Positions 36,616 through 45,303 of a stretch of DNA of 47,769 bases are shown piece after piece. The stretch spans positions 1-47,769 of the forward strand of contig JBDNHZ010000085.1 of the NCBI GenBank assembly GCA_041688515.1. Direction: 5' to 3'. The notes under the pieces were generated by a model. It worked only from the letters and a program-made list of their open reading frames with translations, was not told where the DNA came from and made no database searches. The stretch is from Verrucomicrobiota bacterium (GTDB lineage Bacteria; Verrucomicrobiota; Verrucomicrobiia; Limisphaerales; UBA9464). The position numbers and the translations under genes are program-made. Numbering within the stretch: position 1 is the first letter of the stretch; every line of letters begins with the position of its first letter.

Positions 36616-38058
36616 ATGGGATTGAAGTTCCACAACACGCTGACGCGATCGGTCGAGGATTTCGTGCCGCTGACGCCCCCAGCCGTCGGTTTGTACTGCT
36701 GCGGCCCGACCGTTTACGACTTCGGTCACATTGGGAACTTCCGCACCTTCGTCTTCGCGGACCTGGTTCGGCGCTACCTGGAGTTTCGCGGCTATCAGGT
36801 GACCCACGTCATGAATGTCACCGATGTGGAGGACAAGATCATCCGCCGCGTCCACGAAACCGGCGAGTCGCTGGCCGAGTTCACCGGCCGGTACACCGAC
36901 GCCTTCCTGGCTGACCTGGGTTCCCTGAACTGCCTGCCGCCGCATCACCTGCCGCGCGCGACCGCCCATATTGACGGGATGATCCAACTGATCCGCCGTC
37001 TGGTGGAGCGCGGCATCGCCTATCAGGCGGCCGATGGCTCCGTGTATTTCAGCATCGATCGTTACCGCCATTCTGAACGTTGGGCCGGATGCGCCTGTCA
37101 GTACGGCCAATTGGTCAATCTGAACTTCGATGACCAGCGCCCGACCGAACGCGTCGCCTCCGATGAATACGACAAGGACAACGTCGCCGATTTCGCCCTT
37201 TGGAAGGCCCGTGTGCCCGACGATGGTGCCGTATTCTGGCCCAGTCCCTGGGGAGAAGGACGCCCCGGCTGGCACATCGAATGTTCCGCGATGAGCATGG
37301 CTCTCCTCGGTGATTCCTTCGACCTGCACCTGGGCGGCGAGGACCTCGCCTTCCCGCACCATGAGGATGAAATCGCCCAGAGCGAAGGCTCCGGCGGGCT
37401 CGCCGGGGAGATCTGGTCGAAGAACCGGCGCTTCGTGAAGTACTGGCTCCACGGAGCCCACCTGCTGGTCGAGGGACGCAAGATGTCCAAGTCCCTCGGC
37501 AACTTCCACACCGTGCGGGATCTGGTCGGGCGCGGGTTCTCCGGACGCGAGATCCGCTCGCTCCTGATGTCCGCCCATTACCGTGAGACCTTCAACTTCA
37601 CCCTCGCCGGACTGGAGGGTTCCCGTTCCGCCCTGTCCCGCATCGACGAGTGCGTGGGCAAGTTGCGTGAGCGTGCCGCTGGAACCGTCGCTCCCGCCGC
37701 CCCGGGCTTGATCGAGGCGTTTACCGAGGCGATGGACGACGATCTCAACGTCTCCCGCGGTTGGGCCGTCGTCTTCGACTGGGTGCGGGAACAGAATCGG
37801 GCGCTCATTTCCGGTGAGATGGATGCCACTCGCGCCGCGTCGGAACTCGCCGCCTGGGAACGCGTGGATCGGGTGCTTGGACTCGGAGGCAAGCCCACCG
37901 AGGAAGCGCCGCCGGAGATCGTCGCCCTGGCCGAGGCACGGGCCGCCGCCAAGTTGGCCAAGGACTTCGCCCGGTCCGACGCCCTCCGCGTCGAGATCAA
38001 GGCCGCCGGATGGATCGTCGAGGACACCCCCAAGGGACCCAAGCTCAAGCGTGGATGA
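36616..38058 (+). CDS. cysS: Cysteine--tRNA ligase
   Basis: Class-I HIGH-type motif CGPTVYDFGHIGN, FPHHEDE, and KMSKS (KMSKSLGN). Confidence 0.97.
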   Translation: MGLKFHNTLTRSVEDFVPLTPPAVGLYCCGPTVYDFGHIGNFRTFVFADLVRRYLEFRGYQVTHVMNVTDVEDKIIRRVHETGESLAEFTGRYTDAFLADLGSLNCLPPHHLPRATAHIDGMIQLIRRLVERGIAYQAADGSVYFSIDRYRHSERWAGCACQYGQLVNLNFDDQRPTERVASDEYDKDNVADFALWKARVPDDGAVFWPSPWGEGRPGWHIECSAMSMALLGDSFDLHLGGEDLAFPHHEDEIAQSEGSGGLAGEIWSKNRRFVKYWLHGAHLLVEGRKMSKSLGNFHTVRDLVGRGFSGREIRSLLMSAHYRETFNFTLAGLEGSRSALSRIDECVGKLRERAAGTVAPAAPGLIEAFTEAMDDDLNVSRGWAVVFDWVREQNRALISGEMDATRAASELAAWERVDRVLGLGGKPTEEAPPEIVALAEARAAAKLAKDFARSDALRVEIKAAGWIVEDTPKGPKLKRG

Positions 38059-38059
38059 C

Positions 38060-38566
38060 ATGACCCCGAAGACCCTTCGCTACAACCTCGGTCGGTGGGA
38101 CCTGCTCGGCTGGTTGGTCCTCCACCTGGTCCGCCATCCGTTCCTCTGGGTGGTGGCCGTGGGACTCACCGGGTTCCGCTGCTGGACCCTGTTCCGTGAC
38201 GGCTATGCGCAGTCGATCCCTCTGCTCGCCTTCCATGGCAGCCTCACCTTCGCAGCCGTGTGGATCGGGTTCTTCGTGGTGATCACTCCCCTGGTTCTGT
38301 TCCGGCGTCAGTCGGGACTCGGCCGGGACATCGAATTCACGGTGTACCCCGAGCACTTCGTCAGCGAATCCAGCCTGGGCCGAAGCGAGATCAAATGGGC
38401 GGCCATCCGCAACCTTCGACGGGGCTGGGCGCACACCTTCCTGTGCGTCTCTTCCGATCAGGCCCTCATCCTCCCGGATCGGGCCTTCGAAGATCCGGCA
38501 TCGCGCCTCGCCTTCGACGCCTTTTGTCGCGAGCGCATCGCCGCCGCCCGAGCGGCGGAGAAATAG
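38060..38566 (+). CDS. Small membrane protein (two TM helices + soluble C-terminal domain; YcxB-like?)
   Basis: The ATG at 38060 lies 1 nt after the cysS stop. There are two hydrophobic helices (WVVAVGLTGF.., AAVWIGFFVVITPLVLF). The YcxB assignment is a guess from architecture only. Confidence 0.55.
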   Translation: MTPKTLRYNLGRWDLLGWLVLHLVRHPFLWVVAVGLTGFRCWTLFRDGYAQSIPLLAFHGSLTFAAVWIGFFVVITPLVLFRRQSGLGRDIEFTVYPEHFVSESSLGRSEIKWAAIRNLRRGWAHTFLCVSSDQALILPDRAFEDPASRLAFDAFCRERIAAARAAEK

Positions 38567-38703
38567 CAAACTGCCGCGGAGGAGCGGTGGGTAGGTTTGT
38601 CAGGACGGCGTCCGATCGCCCCACGACCAAAGCGGTGGCTGACGCCACGCGCACTCCAGGACGCTCCGCGCAGGTCGGGGAGCAGGGGCTTCCCTCCCCG
38701 CTC

Positions 38704-40215
38704 TCACGCCAGCACGGCCTTCACCACTTCACCGGCGACGTCGGTGAGGCGGAAGTTGCGGCCGTTGTGGAAGAAGGTGAGGCCTTCGTGGTCGAAGCCG
38801 AGGAGATGCAGGATCGTCGCGTGCAGATCATTCACGCTGACCTTGTCCACGGCGGCTTTGTGCCCGAGTTCATCGGTGGCTCCGTAATGGACACCGCCCT
38901 TCGCTCCCCCTCCGGCGAGCCAGTAAGTGAAGGCGTGCGGGTTGTGGTCGCGTCCAGGCTTCGCTCCTTTCTGGGACACGGGCAGACGTCCGAATTCACC
39001 GCCCCACACCACCAGCGTTTCCTCAAGGAGCCCGCGTTGCTCCAGATCGGCGAGCAACCCGGCGATGGGTTGGTCGGTCTCGCGTGCGAAGCCGCGGTGA
39101 TTGCCCACGAGATCTTCGTGTCCGTCCCAGGATCGCTGGTTGTCCATGCCGCCGGAATAGATCTGAACAAAGCGGACGCCACGTTCGACCATGCGCCGGG
39201 CCATGAGGCATTGGGCGGCGAAGTGTTTGCAGTGGGGTTGATCGAGACCGTAGAGGCGCTTGAGGGCCTCGGGTTCGCTCTCGACGTCGAAGGCCTCGGG
39301 AGCGGCGGCCTGCATGCGGTAGGCGAGTTCGAAGCTCTCGATGCGGGCCCCGAGTTCGCCGTCGGCCGGTGCATGCGCGAGCTGACCGCGGTTGAGTCGG
39401 GCCAGCAAATCCAGCTGGGCGCGCTGGGCGGCGGCGGGCATGCCGGCGGGCGGACGTAGGTTGTCGATGGGATCGCCCTTCGGACGGAGCCAGGTGCCCT
39501 GGTAAACGCTGGGAAGAAATCCGGCTCCCCAGTTGGAGGCGTGTCCCTTGGGAAGACCGCGATCGAGGGGGTCGCTCATGACCACGAACGACGGCAGGTT
39601 GCGGCTCTCACTGCCGAGCCCGTAGGTCGCCCACGACCCGACGCACGGCGAGCCCATGCGGGTCGTGCCGGTGTTGATCATGAACAGCGCTGGGCTGTGG
39701 TTGTTGGATTCAGTGTGGCAGGAATGGAGGAAGGCCATCTTGTCCACGTGCCGGGCCATGTGCGGGAACAGATCGCTGACCCAGGAACCGCTCTGGCCGT
39801 GTTGCGCCCATTCAAAGGGCGACTTCATCAGCGGCCCGACCGAGTCGGCAAAAAATCCGGTCTTCTTGTCGAACCCGGCGAACTCCTTGCCGTCGTTGCG
39901 AGCGAGCTCGGGTTTGTAATCCCAGGTGTCCACCTGACTGGGACCGCCGTTCATGAACAGCCAGATGACGGACCTGGCCCTGGCCGGGAAATGGGCGATG
40001 CGCGGTGCGAGTGGATCGCTTCCCGCGGCGGCGGCCCGGGCGGCGTTGCCCAACATCCCGGCGTCGCCCATGAGACCGGCCAGAGCCAGCAACCCGGCAC
40101 CGCCCCCGGCGCGACGCAGCATCTCGCGTCGATGCATGAGGGGCGATGGAAGGCCATTGCCCGAGCGGGCGGGGACTCCCGCGGCCCCGGGCATGGGGAA
40201 CGGATCAGTCGGCAT
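38704..40215 (-). CDS. DUF1501 domain protein (sulfatase-fold, Tat signal), copy 1
   Basis: Twin-arginine motif HRREMLRRAGGGAGLLALAG, then ..IWLFMNGGPSQVDTWDYKPEL.. and ..GRDHNPHAFT.., typical of DUF1501. The ATG overlaps the upstream PSD1 stop by 11 nt. Confidence 0.9.
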   Translation of the reverse strand: MPTDPFPMPGAAGVPARSGNGLPSPLMHRREMLRRAGGGAGLLALAGLMGDAGMLGNAARAAAAGSDPLAPRIAHFPARARSVIWLFMNGGPSQVDTWDYKPELARNDGKEFAGFDKKTGFFADSVGPLMKSPFEWAQHGQSGSWVSDLFPHMARHVDKMAFLHSCHTESNNHSPALFMINTGTTRMGSPCVGSWATYGLGSESRNLPSFVVMSDPLDRGLPKGHASNWGAGFLPSVYQGTWLRPKGDPIDNLRPPAGMPAAAQRAQLDLLARLNRGQLAHAPADGELGARIESFELAYRMQAAAPEAFDVESEPEALKRLYGLDQPHCKHFAAQCLMARRMVERGVRFVQIYSGGMDNQRSWDGHEDLVGNHRGFARETDQPIAGLLADLEQRGLLEETLVVWGGEFGRLPVSQKGAKPGRDHNPHAFTYWLAGGGAKGGVHYGATDELGHKAAVDKVSVNDLHATILHLLGFDHEGLTFFHNGRNFRLTDVAGEVVKAVLA

Positions 40216-43045
40216 AGATGAATTCGTTGAGGCTCAGGAGCACCTGGGCGAAGTCCGCCAGGGCGAGTTCGCGGGCATCGGGTTTGCCGTCGGCGCGATA
40301 ACGTTCCGTCTGGGCGCGGAGGAAGGCAGCGCCATCGTCGGCTTCGACGGACGTCGGGGGTCGATTGAGGGCGAGGGCATAACCACGGGTCACGGTGGCG
40401 GCGGCCGGTTGCATGGGACCGGCGTCGATGCGACGTGCGAAGGCGATCGCCCAGGATCGCACGTGGGGACTGTTCATCAGCCACAGGGCCTGGGGGGCGA
40501 CGGTGGTGGTGGGTCGGGTGCCTTGGCTGACCAACGGTTCCGGGGCGTCGAACGACTGCATGGCCCCGACCATCTGGCTGCGTTTGACGGTGAAATAGAC
40601 GCTGCGCCGTCGGCTGGCGGGGTCGAGTGTGCCAGGTCCGAAACGGGTGTGGTCGAGAACGCCGGCAACCGCGAGGAGTGAATCGCGGACGGCCTCGGCT
40701 TCAAGCCGCCGCGGCGTCCAGCGGGACAACCAGACGTTGGAAGGATCGGCCTGGATCCGGGCGGCGTCGGTGGTGCTGGTTTGAAGGTAGGCTTCGCTGG
40801 TGAGCAACAGTTCATGGATCGGCTTCAGACGCCATCCGTTGCGGATCAGTTCTCCGGCCAGCCAGTCGAGCAGTTCGGGATGCGACGGCGGAGTGCCCTG
40901 GGTGCCGAAGTCGTTGGGGGTGGAGACCAGGCCCTGACCAAAGTGATGTTGCCAGAGGCGATTCACCAGGACCCGCGCGAGCAGGGCTCCGGCACCGTGA
41001 TCGACATCGGTCATCCACTGGGCCAGGGCACGGCGGCGACCCGAGAACTTCGCGCCGGCTGGCGGCTGGAATGCCCAGCGGTTGGAATCGTCCCGCCCGA
41101 GTACCTGGAGGAAGCCGGGCGTGACCACCCCGCGCTTGGAATCGGTGCTGCCGCGCTGGAGGAAATAGGTCTCGTTGAAGAAATCGGCGCCCTGCGTGTG
41201 CATGCGCAGGGCGGGATAACCTTCCGCACACACGAGCACCTTGGTCAGGGCGGGTTTCGGTTGGCGGCGGGTGTGTTCCTCGACGCGCGCGCTGCGTTCG
41301 CGCCAACCGGGCTCGGTCTTCTTCCACCAGTCGACAAGCGCCGTGCGATCGGCTGCCGCCAGCGTGGTCGCACTGCGGCGTTGGGAGCGCAGATCGTCGA
41401 GCAGCGTGGCCACCCCGGCCGGCATGGCGTCGTTGGTGAGCCCCGGGTTGACGGCGCTGGAAAAGGTCAGGCGCGGACATCCGATGTTGTGTCGGGTGTT
41501 GAGATCGAACTCGAGCCGGACTTCGAGCCGTACCGGACCCTGGATTGCCAGGGGTTGTTCGAAGTCGAACACCGCCGCGTGATCCATGCCGAACTTTGGA
41601 TCGATGGCCCAGCCGGTTTTCGGGTTGTCATCAAGGGCGGACGCCACCGCGAGGTTGGAGGGGTTCTGCTCAAAGGTGGCTCGGGCGCGAACGAGGCGGA
41701 TCTCGTTGGTCACACCTCCGTCGGCCCGCGAAGCAAACAGGCGGATCCGGCTGAGGCCAATGTTGGCGTTGTCAGCGCGGCCGGGGCCGCCGCGGTGCAT
41801 CGACGGATGGGCGAGGGCCTCGACCCGGACGGCGCGCAGCCCGGGGGTGCGAACGGTGGTGGCAAAGGTGTAGAGGTCGGAATCCCCGTTCTTGCCCTCG
41901 GCGAGGAAAGAGCCGTCGTCGAGGGGGCGCAGGGTGGTTCCGGCGCGGGACAAGGCGACGTCGAAGGTCGGTTGTTCCCAGGTGGCGAGAGTGGCACCGA
42001 GTGCACCGGCAGCGACCCAGGAATCAAACTTCGATCCGAGCCCGCGTTGCTCGTATTCCGTCAGGGCGGCCACGAGCGGGGCGTGCTCGCGAGCGAACTG
42101 TTCCTTGGTCCGTTGGGATCCCTCCGGGTCAAGATCGAGTTCGATGTCGCTGCGGACGGTCGTCGTGAAGGTCGAGAGCAGCCGGTAGTAATCCTGGGTG
42201 GGGATCGGATCAAACTTGTGATCGTGGCAACGGGCGCATCCGACGGTCAGCCCCAGCATGGCCGAGCTGGTGGTGGACAGCATGTCGTCCATCGCGTCGT
42301 AGCGCGTGCGCTCGACCTCGTTGAGCGTGATCTGGGTGGGGAACACGCCGGCCCCGAGGAACCCGGTGGCCATCAGGGCGCGGGGATTGTCGGGCTCGAA
42401 TTCGTCTCCGGCCACCTGCCAGCGGACGAACTGGTCGTAGGGCATGTCGGCGTTCAGGGCCTGGATGACGAAATCACGGTAGTGATAGGCGTTGGGGCGA
42501 TCGTAGTCGTGTTCGAACCCGGAGCTCTCGGCGAAGCGGGCGACATCCAGCCAGTGCCGGGCCCAGCGTTCGCCGTGGCCCGGACGGTCGAGCAGACGAC
42601 GGACCTGACGCGCCCAGGCGTCGGGCGAAGGATCGTTGAGGTAAGCGTCGGTCTCCTCGGGAGTCGGCGGCATTCCCACCAGACCGAAGGCGGCGCGACG
42701 GAGTTGACGACGTCGGTCGGCCGGCGGATTGGGCGCGAGCCCGATGGCTTCAAGCCGGGCACGGAGGAAAGCGTCGATCGGATGGCTGGCGGCGGGTCCG
42801 CGGGTGCGGGGAGGTTCGACCCGGTGCAGTGGTTGAAACGCCCACCACTGGCGGTCGGTCTCGGTGACGCGGCTGCGGTCGGGTTTGCCCTTGCGGGCGG
42901 CCCCGGCCTTGAGGAAGGCGGCGTGATCGGCCGGGACCGGCGGAAGGACGCCGGTCTCCGTGGAGTTCGTGGCGGCGAAGGCGGCGGGGCAGAGGAACAA
43001 ACCCAGTAACAGTCCGCCGCAGCTCGAAGGGACGCGGGATCTCAT
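40205..43045 (-). CDS. DUF1549/DUF1553 (PSD1-type) protein, copy 1
   Basis: Signal peptide. DUF1549 hallmark GLTVGCARCHDHKFDPI. C-terminal DUF1553 region (..HPELLDWLAGELIRNGWRLKPIHELLLTSEAY..FDAPEP..). Length is 946 aa. Confidence 0.9.
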   Translation of the reverse strand: MRSRVPSSCGGLLLGLFLCPAAFAATNSTETGVLPPVPADHAAFLKAGAARKGKPDRSRVTETDRQWWAFQPLHRVEPPRTRGPAASHPIDAFLRARLEAIGLAPNPPADRRRQLRRAAFGLVGMPPTPEETDAYLNDPSPDAWARQVRRLLDRPGHGERWARHWLDVARFAESSGFEHDYDRPNAYHYRDFVIQALNADMPYDQFVRWQVAGDEFEPDNPRALMATGFLGAGVFPTQITLNEVERTRYDAMDDMLSTTSSAMLGLTVGCARCHDHKFDPIPTQDYYRLLSTFTTTVRSDIELDLDPEGSQRTKEQFAREHAPLVAALTEYEQRGLGSKFDSWVAAGALGATLATWEQPTFDVALSRAGTTLRPLDDGSFLAEGKNGDSDLYTFATTVRTPGLRAVRVEALAHPSMHRGGPGRADNANIGLSRIRLFASRADGGVTNEIRLVRARATFEQNPSNLAVASALDDNPKTGWAIDPKFGMDHAAVFDFEQPLAIQGPVRLEVRLEFDLNTRHNIGCPRLTFSSAVNPGLTNDAMPAGVATLLDDLRSQRRSATTLAAADRTALVDWWKKTEPGWRERSARVEEHTRRQPKPALTKVLVCAEGYPALRMHTQGADFFNETYFLQRGSTDSKRGVVTPGFLQVLGRDDSNRWAFQPPAGAKFSGRRRALAQWMTDVDHGAGALLARVLVNRLWQHHFGQGLVSTPNDFGTQGTPPSHPELLDWLAGELIRNGWRLKPIHELLLTSEAYLQTSTTDAARIQADPSNVWLSRWTPRRLEAEAVRDSLLAVAGVLDHTRFGPGTLDPASRRRSVYFTVKRSQMVGAMQSFDAPEPLVSQGTRPTTTVAPQALWLMNSPHVRSWAIAFARRIDAGPMQPAAATVTRGYALALNRPPTSVEADDGAAFLRAQTERYRADGKPDARELALADFAQVLLSLNEFIYAD

Positions 43046-43049
43046 GGGT

Positions 43050-44675
43050 TCAGCTCAGGACACCCTGAAGCACCTCGCCGTGGACGTCGGTGAGGCGTCG
43101 GTTCACCCCGTTGTGGTAGTGGGTCAGCTTCTCGTGATTCACGCCGAGCAGATGCAGCAGCGTCGCGTGGAAGTCGGGAATGGTGACCTTGTTCTCGCCG
43201 ACGAAATATCCCACTTCATCGGAGCTGCCGTAGTGGAACCCTTTCTTCACGCCGGCTCCGGCGAGGAAACAGGTGAAGGCCGTCGGGTGATGGTCGCGTC
43301 CGGGCGACCCGATTCCCTGGGTGGCCGGGCTGCGTCCGAACTCGGTGGACCAGACGAACAGGGTGTCTTCGAGCATGCCGCGTTGCTTGAGATCGTGGAG
43401 GAGGGCGGCGACCGGTTGGTCCATGGTGGCCGCCTGGGTATCGTGGTTCTCACGCAGATTTTCGTGACCGTCCCAGTTGATGCGCGGGCTGCCAAAGGCA
43501 CCCCCGTTGATGACCTGGACAAAGCGCACTCCGCGTTCGAGCAGGCGTCGGGCCGTGAGACAGTTCCGCGCGAACCCCTTGTTCGATTCCTCGCCGATGC
43601 CGTAGAGGCGTCGGATGTGTTCGGGTTCCGAATCAAGGTCGGTCGCCTCGGGGATGCTGGCCTGCATGCGGGCGGCGAGTTCGTAGGAACGGAGACGGGC
43701 GGCGAAGGCGTCGTCGCCGGGATGCGCCTCGGCGTACGAGCGGTTCATCGAGGCGAGCAGGTTCATGTCGGCGTTGCGTGCGCCGGGGGTGATCGAAGCG
43801 GGCGTGCGCAGGTCGGCGATCGGCTCGCCGCCGCGAGTGCGAAACGGAACGCCCTGATGATTGGCGGGGAGGAATCCGGAGGCCCAGTTGATGGAACCCC
43901 CGGCGGGAAGGCCCCGCGGATCGGGGAGGACGACGAACGCTGGAAGGTTTTCGTTCTCGCTGCCGAGCCCGTAGCTCAACCAGGCACCCATGCAGGGGAA
44001 TCCGTTCAGCGTGAACCCGCTGTTCATCTGGAAGGTCGCCGGGGTGTGATTGTTGCTCCGGGCATACATCGAATGAATGAAGCACAGCTCATCGACGCAT
44101 CCGGCCAGATGCGGCAGCAGGCTGCTCACCCAGGAACCGCTGCGGCCGTGCTGACGGAATTCGTAGGGGCTTTTCATCACCCGCCCCGGCTGACCGAAGA
44201 ACCCGAGGTTCTCGCCCTTTCCCTCAAGGGTCTTGCCGTCCATCCGGATCAACTCCGGTTTGTAATCAAAGGTGTCGAGGTGACTGACCCCGCCGCAGCA
44301 GAAGATCTGGACGATCCGCCGCGCCCGGGCCGGGTGATGCAAGGATCGCAGGACCGGTCCACTCGAACCCGTCGCCGCACGCGCACGATCGCGGTTCATC
44401 AGCCAGGCCAAGGCAACCCCGCCAATCCCGCCTGCGCTGCTCGAAAGGAAATCGCGGCGGGAAATCGACGAGCTCCGCTGGAGGGACGAGCTCCGCGAGT
44501 CCGTATCCTGGAACTCGTCTCTCCGAGGAGACTGGGGACTCGTGGAACTCGTCCCTCCGAGGGGGAGAGAGATGGGGACTCGTGGAACTCGTCCCTCCGA
44601 AGGGGATGGGGACTCGCGGAGCTCGTCCCTCCGGAGCTCGTCTCTCCGAGGAGGGGTCGGGCGGTTACTGGACAT
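43050..44675 (-). CDS. DUF1501 domain protein, copy 2, with a repeat-derived N-terminal extension
   Basis: Tat motif SRRDFLSSSAGGIGGVALA, then ..IVQIFCCGGVSHLDTFDYKPEL.. and ..GRDHHPTAFT... The ATG at 44675 was chosen because it reproduces the 11-nt overlap with the upstream stop seen in copy 1 (TATGxCxAxTxA). There is no other canonical start before the Tat motif. Confidence 0.8.
   Translation of the reverse strand: MSSNRPTPPRRDELRRDELRESPSPSEGRVPRVPISLPLGGTSSTSPQSPRRDEFQDTDSRSSSLQRSSSISRRDFLSSSAGGIGGVALAWLMNRDRARAATGSSGPVLRSLHHPARARRIVQIFCCGGVSHLDTFDYKPELIRMDGKTLEGKGENLGFFGQPGRVMKSPYEFRQHGRSGSWVSSLLPHLAGCVDELCFIHSMYARSNNHTPATFQMNSGFTLNGFPCMGAWLSYGLGSENENLPAFVVLPDPRGLPAGGSINWASGFLPANHQGVPFRTRGGEPIADLRTPASITPGARNADMNLLASMNRSYAEAHPGDDAFAARLRSYELAARMQASIPEATDLDSEPEHIRRLYGIGEESNKGFARNCLTARRLLERGVRFVQVINGGAFGSPRINWDGHENLRENHDTQAATMDQPVAALLHDLKQRGMLEDTLFVWSTEFGRSPATQGIGSPGRDHHPTAFTCFLAGAGVKKGFHYGSSDEVGYFVGENKVTIPDFHATLLHLLGVNHEKLTHYHNGVNRRLTDVHGEVLQGVLS
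44468..44655. repeat. Cluster of short direct/inverted repeats (family E) inside the 5' end of DUF1501 copy 2
   Basis: GGGGACTCGTGGAACTCGTCCCTCCGA occurs at 44534 and 44574 (40-bp spacing). The variant GGGGACTCGCGGAGCTCGTCCCTCCGGA is at 44608. The inverse GGGACGAGCTCCGCGAGTCC is at about 44483. CTCGTCTCTCCGAGGAG occurs twice. Related strings flank the A unit at 2760-2935. Confidence 0.8.
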
Positions 44676-45303
44676 AGAGGAATTCGGTGGAGTTGAGCAG
44701 GACCCAGCAGACGCTTGGCAGACCGCGGTCGCGGGCGGCGGCGAGGGCCGCGTCGCGTTCTGCAGCGCTGGGGGCGCGGCCGAGGGCGAGGCGATAGGCG
44801 TGTTCAATCGACTGCGTCGGATCGTTCGAAGCGAGGGCGGCGACGCGCGCAGCCAGGGCGTTGGCCTGGGCCTGGACGAACTCACCGTTCATCAGGCCGA
44901 GCGCCTGGAGCGGGGTGGTGGTCACGCCGCGGCGCGGGGTCTTCACCGAGGGATCCGGACAGTCGAAGGCGTCGAGGAAAGGTTCCTTCCCCGAATTGAT
45001 GTTCATCCGATAGACCGTGCGCCGGTTGAAGGCGGGTTCATCGCGGAAGAACAGGTGATAGAAGGTCGCGCCGTAGGAGGAGTTGGTGAACGCCTTGAAA
45101 CTCGGGCCGCCCACCTGCGGATTGAGACGGCCGCTGACCGCCAGCATCGCGTCGCGGACCGCCTCCGCCTCCAGACGATGCGGCGCATGGCGCCAGAGCC
45201 ACTGGTTGTCGGCGTCCACCGTCAGGGCCTCGGTGCGGGCGGCGGCGGACTGGCGGTAGGTCTCGGAACTCAGGATCAGGCGGTGAGGGACTTGAGGCTC
45301 CAT
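44665..45303 (-). CDS. DUF1553 C-terminal part of PSD1-type protein copy 2 (separated from its N-terminal part by a 1-nt frame break)
   Basis: ..HRLILSSETYRQS..RLEAEAVRDAMLAVSG..FDCPDP..LNSTEFLYVQ* is colinear with the C-terminus of copy 1 (..HELLLTSEAYLQT..RLEAEAVRDSLLAVAG..FDAPEP..LNEFIYAD*). Confidence 0.8.
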   Translation of the reverse strand: MEPQVPHRLILSSETYRQSAAARTEALTVDADNQWLWRHAPHRLEAEAVRDAMLAVSGRLNPQVGGPSFKAFTNSSYGATFYHLFFRDEPAFNRRTVYRMNINSGKEPFLDAFDCPDPSVKTPRRGVTTTPLQALGLMNGEFVQAQANALAARVAALASNDPTQSIEHAYRLALGRAPSAAERDAALAAARDRGLPSVCWVLLNSTEFLYVQ

